In this document: piece by piece, positions 60,228-64,000 of the stretch | How positions within the stretch are numbered: position 1 is the stretch's first letter | Layout of the letters: every line of letters begins with the position of its first letter | Source: Takakia lepidozioides | Taxonomy: Eukaryota > Plantae > Bryophyta | NCBI GenBank assembly: GCA_030704615.1 | Contig: CM060734.1 | Location: 55,490,001-55,554,000 of the forward strand | Direction: 5' to 3' | DNA: 64,000 nt | Notes under the pieces: generated by a model | What the model was told of the DNA's origin: nothing | The model's database searches: none | What the model saw: only the letters and a program-made list of their open reading frames with translations | Translations under genes and position numbers: made by a program

Positions 60228-62350
60228 GGGTCTTCCCTCATAAAAAAATTGCATCTAGCCTCTCATAGGTTCCACATAGTTAGAGCCCTAAGACTAGCCC
60301 ATACTGGGCAAATACAAAGAGTGTTGCCTGGCAGCAAATTCAGAAGGAGCAAAGAGGAGGGGGTAAGGGGTTGGGAATGACTCCCAGTTAGAGTAGAAAT
60401 GCAGCAACCGCTGGCCATTACTCTAGCTGGAAGAAAACATTCCACGAGATAGTGCTCGATGGATTCAGGCTAGGCTAGACACTGATTGCAAATAGTGTTA
60501 TTAAGCTGAGTCTTAACATGGACTGACAAAATTTTGTGCGCTATCTTCTATAAGAAGCCTGGATTTTGGCTGAGTCTCTCTTTTTCCAGATATCCGTCCA
60601 CACGTAAGTCAAAAAACAGGTTGCGTTTGATGAGGCTGGGCTGAGAGGCCCCCATTTTCATTCCACCTGGCCAAGAAAGATGTAGCAGTTTTCATGAGAG
60701 TGTAACCCAATTGACTAAGTAGGCAAAGAAGGGGGAATTTCTTTTCATCTTTCAGCTCCATTCACCCGGGTCAAAACACAAAGCATCCAGAGGGTAGATA
60801 AAAACCAAATCAAAGAACAATGTATGCCCATTGCATCTCCAGCCTGGTGGAGGTGTTGGGTTGGCATTTCCTTTGTCATCCAACATCCTAAGGGAAACGG
60901 AAATTGCCTATGCATGTCCATAGAACCCCCTAAGCTGCAAGTTGCCCTTATAATCTGCATGAAACAATGCCCGAAGCCATGCTTCCCTCCACGGATAGAA
61001 CCAAGAGGACCATTTTCCCACCATTGGTTGTGGAGACCGTCCAGGCAGGCAAAGTCCAGAGGGCTCTGTCTCTAAGCAAGGGAGGCATGTAATCTGGCCA
61101 CAACTGCATCAATGAAGGCCAGGACCTGGCACGTCTAGGGCCTCCGAAACGAGAGACCTCCGCAGCAGCATAAATTTGATCATTCTCCCAAATACTGCCT
61201 AAATGTGTGAAACCAGATGTTCCCAAACCGCCCACTTAGGTGTTGCTGAAACAACATGGTGGAGTTCATATTGTTGTTCCCAAAAAGAGGTTGACGGTTA
61301 GGCCTCCGCAAAAATTCAGGGGAGGTCTTGGGTGAGAGAGCACCTGGACGGACTACCAAGCCGCCAAATTGACTGCCAGGGGCGGGATCCTAGGTGTACA
61401 TTTGCATTTCTGCCTTGCCACGATCCAACGCAAGGATTTGTGCCCATAAAGTGGATGATGTAGGCATTGCACCCATCAGGTAACGGCTGTATCAATTTGC
61501 TCTAGGGGCGTATGGCGATGAGTATAGCTCTCGGTATCCATTGGCCACCAATGCCCTTAATTTGCGTTGTTGGGTCTAAAATCCCGAGACCTCCCTTGCG
61601 TTTTGATTGACAGAGCTGCTCCCAAGAGACAAGTGCTCGTCTGACAAGAGCTTGCGTTGTTGCACCCCCAATGAAAGTTTCGGATTAGAGCCTTAATCTC
61701 CTTCACCCATTGTTGTACTTGGGTCCCAAACAGTTGCTGAAAACCAACAGGAGCCAGTAGCATTGCGTGGCCACCAGTGCTTACCAGCAATGGATAACAT
61801 TGACGAACTCCAATGGGCCAGAGATCTTTTTAACCTTGTAAGCACAGCCTGCATTAGCGCTGCTAAGACACGTTAAGTCCCAATTTGATGGCCTAAGGAG
61901 TGTGTTGTGACTGACCATCTTGAAGGCCATTTCAATCCAGGTCTTGCCCTCCAGGATTGCAATGCGAAGAGGATGGCTTGATTTTGTAATTGCGAGAGAG
62001 TAGTACCCATAGATTTTCCCTAGTTGATCCTTTAGACCAGATCCGAGGCAGAATATTTGTAGGGCCTGCATCGTTGTATCAATGTGGCTTGGGTTGAGTT
62101 GTCCAACAACAGGATGTGTGTCATCGGCGTACATAGATAGTTTGACCATCTCCGGCAAAAAATGTAAGGAGATGGAGGCCCACGATGTCATGTCTTGCTT
62201 CAAAGAGATGCCCAAGAGAGTCGGCGCAATCAGAAAAAAAAAAAAAAAAAAAACAGGGTGCCAGGGGGCTACCCTTGCCTGACCGACCGAGAGATTGGAA
62301 AGGCATGGATATGACACCATTACCATGACCTTACTGGAAGCCGACTGCCA
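60228..62350 (-). mobile_element. Degenerate L1-type LINE ORF2 fragment (RT, zf-RVT)
   Basis: PFQSL.RS..QGSPLAP, SMYADDT, and C..C...PESIEHYLVEC near 60440-60490. Confidence 0.85.
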
Positions 62351-63759
62351 GGCAAATGCTTAACCCAGACAAGAAATGACCATCCAGACTTGTGCTTCCA
62401 GAGCAGCTAGGAGCACACTACACAAAAAACCGGTTTTCCAACACCACCCATAGTTCACACCTGGCACTTTGAACAACTCCTCTTACACCCTGTGAGAGGA
62501 GGCAAGGTGTGATCTGGACCATTGTAGGAAAACCCACATGGTGTTTACAAAAATTCACACTCGAATGACACCCATATGGTCAAAGGGTGTTGACCAAGAT
62601 AATGCATATGGTGGGCAATTGACATGAGTGTGAAATGAGTCATGGAGTGTGAGGTTAGTGTGAGATGACCTACGGAATGTTGGGGCAAACTATATGGCGT
62701 GGCACATTGAACATCCAGGTGGAAGATAGATAGATGAAATGACTTCCACCTCTATTCAACATGCCTTGGACGGACATAACACATAAACTTTTGTTTAGAG
62801 AATTTAAAAGTTCAAAAATGTTATTAGGGTTAGGGGTCTGCATGTAGAGGGAGTGTGGGACTGTAGTTTTCTTTGCCGGCTCGTTTAGAATCTGAATGCC
62901 CACCAGTGTAGGCCATCATTTAAGTTGATGCCAAATGCATTTTCATCCAAACATCAAAGCTCTCAAAATAGACAACCTCAAGTAAAATGAGAAGGAGATC
63001 GGAGAGAACCGAAGGGCATAGAATTTCCTTCATATTGAACACTGCCTGCAACTATTGGCTATAACTTGCCCTCTGTCCTGTCACATATAATCCCTTCGGG
63101 AACCAGCAATCCAAAAAGATGCACTGCTCATGCAGCTGACGACAATATCGTTATGAGAATGTCACACTATAATCAACAATGTACAACAATTGCTTTGAGA
63201 AGCTATAGAATAAAAACTACCTCATGTCGTCTCAGAGATTGGTGAGCGCCAAAAATGTCAATCCCATTTTTGTCCAGTCAACCTTGACACGCAGTTCGGG
63301 ACACGCAGCAGAGAGGGCGTAGGCGCATGTGCACAACAACCCTAGGCCCCTCACAATGAGACAGTCTGAAGCTGAGCTGAGCACGAATTTTCAATCTCTA
63401 CTAGTCCAACCGTACTAGAGAAATATCCAGTGATCCTCAGACAAGGCTTTCTTCACCACCTTACAAAAAATTGTTCCAATGACTACCTCCCTGTCCAAAC
63501 ATGTTGCTTGATGTCGAGAAGCTTGGACAAGTGCCTTGCTCTTTGTGACTGGCTCCCTTTTTGAGACACGCAGGGTTTTTTTTTTGCCGGGTGTACTTCA
63601 CTCACAACCGTCTTTTTTACACTACGTCCGGGATATCAATGATCGCCCAGCCTAAATTTTCCCCACCCTATCAAGCGCCAGTGTTTTTAACTAGTGCTTT
63701 TCAACTCGTCTGCTGAGGGGCCCACTTTCTCCCCTCTACTGGTACATGTCAAAATCACT

Positions 63760-64000
63760 CCAAGAGCCATAGTGTTGGAAAACTCGCATTTTCGCATCCT
63801 TGATGCTCCCACATTGGCATACATGTCCACGAGGGCACTGTCAGAATCACAATCAGGTAAAATTCCAGCTTGACAATGAAACCATGGACCTGATCTTCCC
63901 TTTCCAGAGCTGGCAAGCTTGCCCTTGATGCTCCCACATTTGGCGTACATGTCCACGAGGGCATTGTTCAGAATCACATCAGGTACAATTCCAGCTTGGA
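63760..64000 (-). pseudogene. Degenerate PLS PPR fragments with a local duplication, running off the window
   Basis: NNALVDMYAKCGSI, QVHGFIVKLEF, SALVDMYAN; 63795-63875 resembles 63922-64000. Confidence 0.8.

Overview
Eukaryotic DNA from a non-seed land plant (inferred from GT-AG introns, an nsLTP, PLS-type PPR fragments, an IRKI/GIL1-like gene and a Tcn1/Tf-type chromovirus). It is a nest of transposons around a small island of mostly broken host genes at ~18-32 kb (IRKI/GIL1-like, HSPA12-like Hsp70, nsLTP plus an inverted truncated copy, an orphan ORF, a 3' fragment of eIF3g). From TSDs and restored reading frames I reconstruct three things. (1) A self-priming, -1 frameshifting chromovirus whose gag was split by a large TIR DNA transposon. 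That transposon has phased palindrome arrays and encloses an intronless protein-kinase pseudogene (not visible in the ORF track), 120-bp repeat arrays and a Sola-like transposase. A later inversion flipped LTR-gag(N)-TIR. (2) A large MULE-type element with a GCM/WRKY-like Zn domain, DDE core and SWIM finger, with an orphan spliced gene beside it. (3) Two insertions in that MULE: a 12.9-kb Athila/Tat-like LTR element (extra ORFs on both sides, PBS-gag-protease block inverted) and a 968-bp pack-type element carrying a PPR fragment. LINE and PPR remnants end the window. No CRISPR, rRNA or intact tRNA gene was found. Family names come from motif recognition only; no searches were run.
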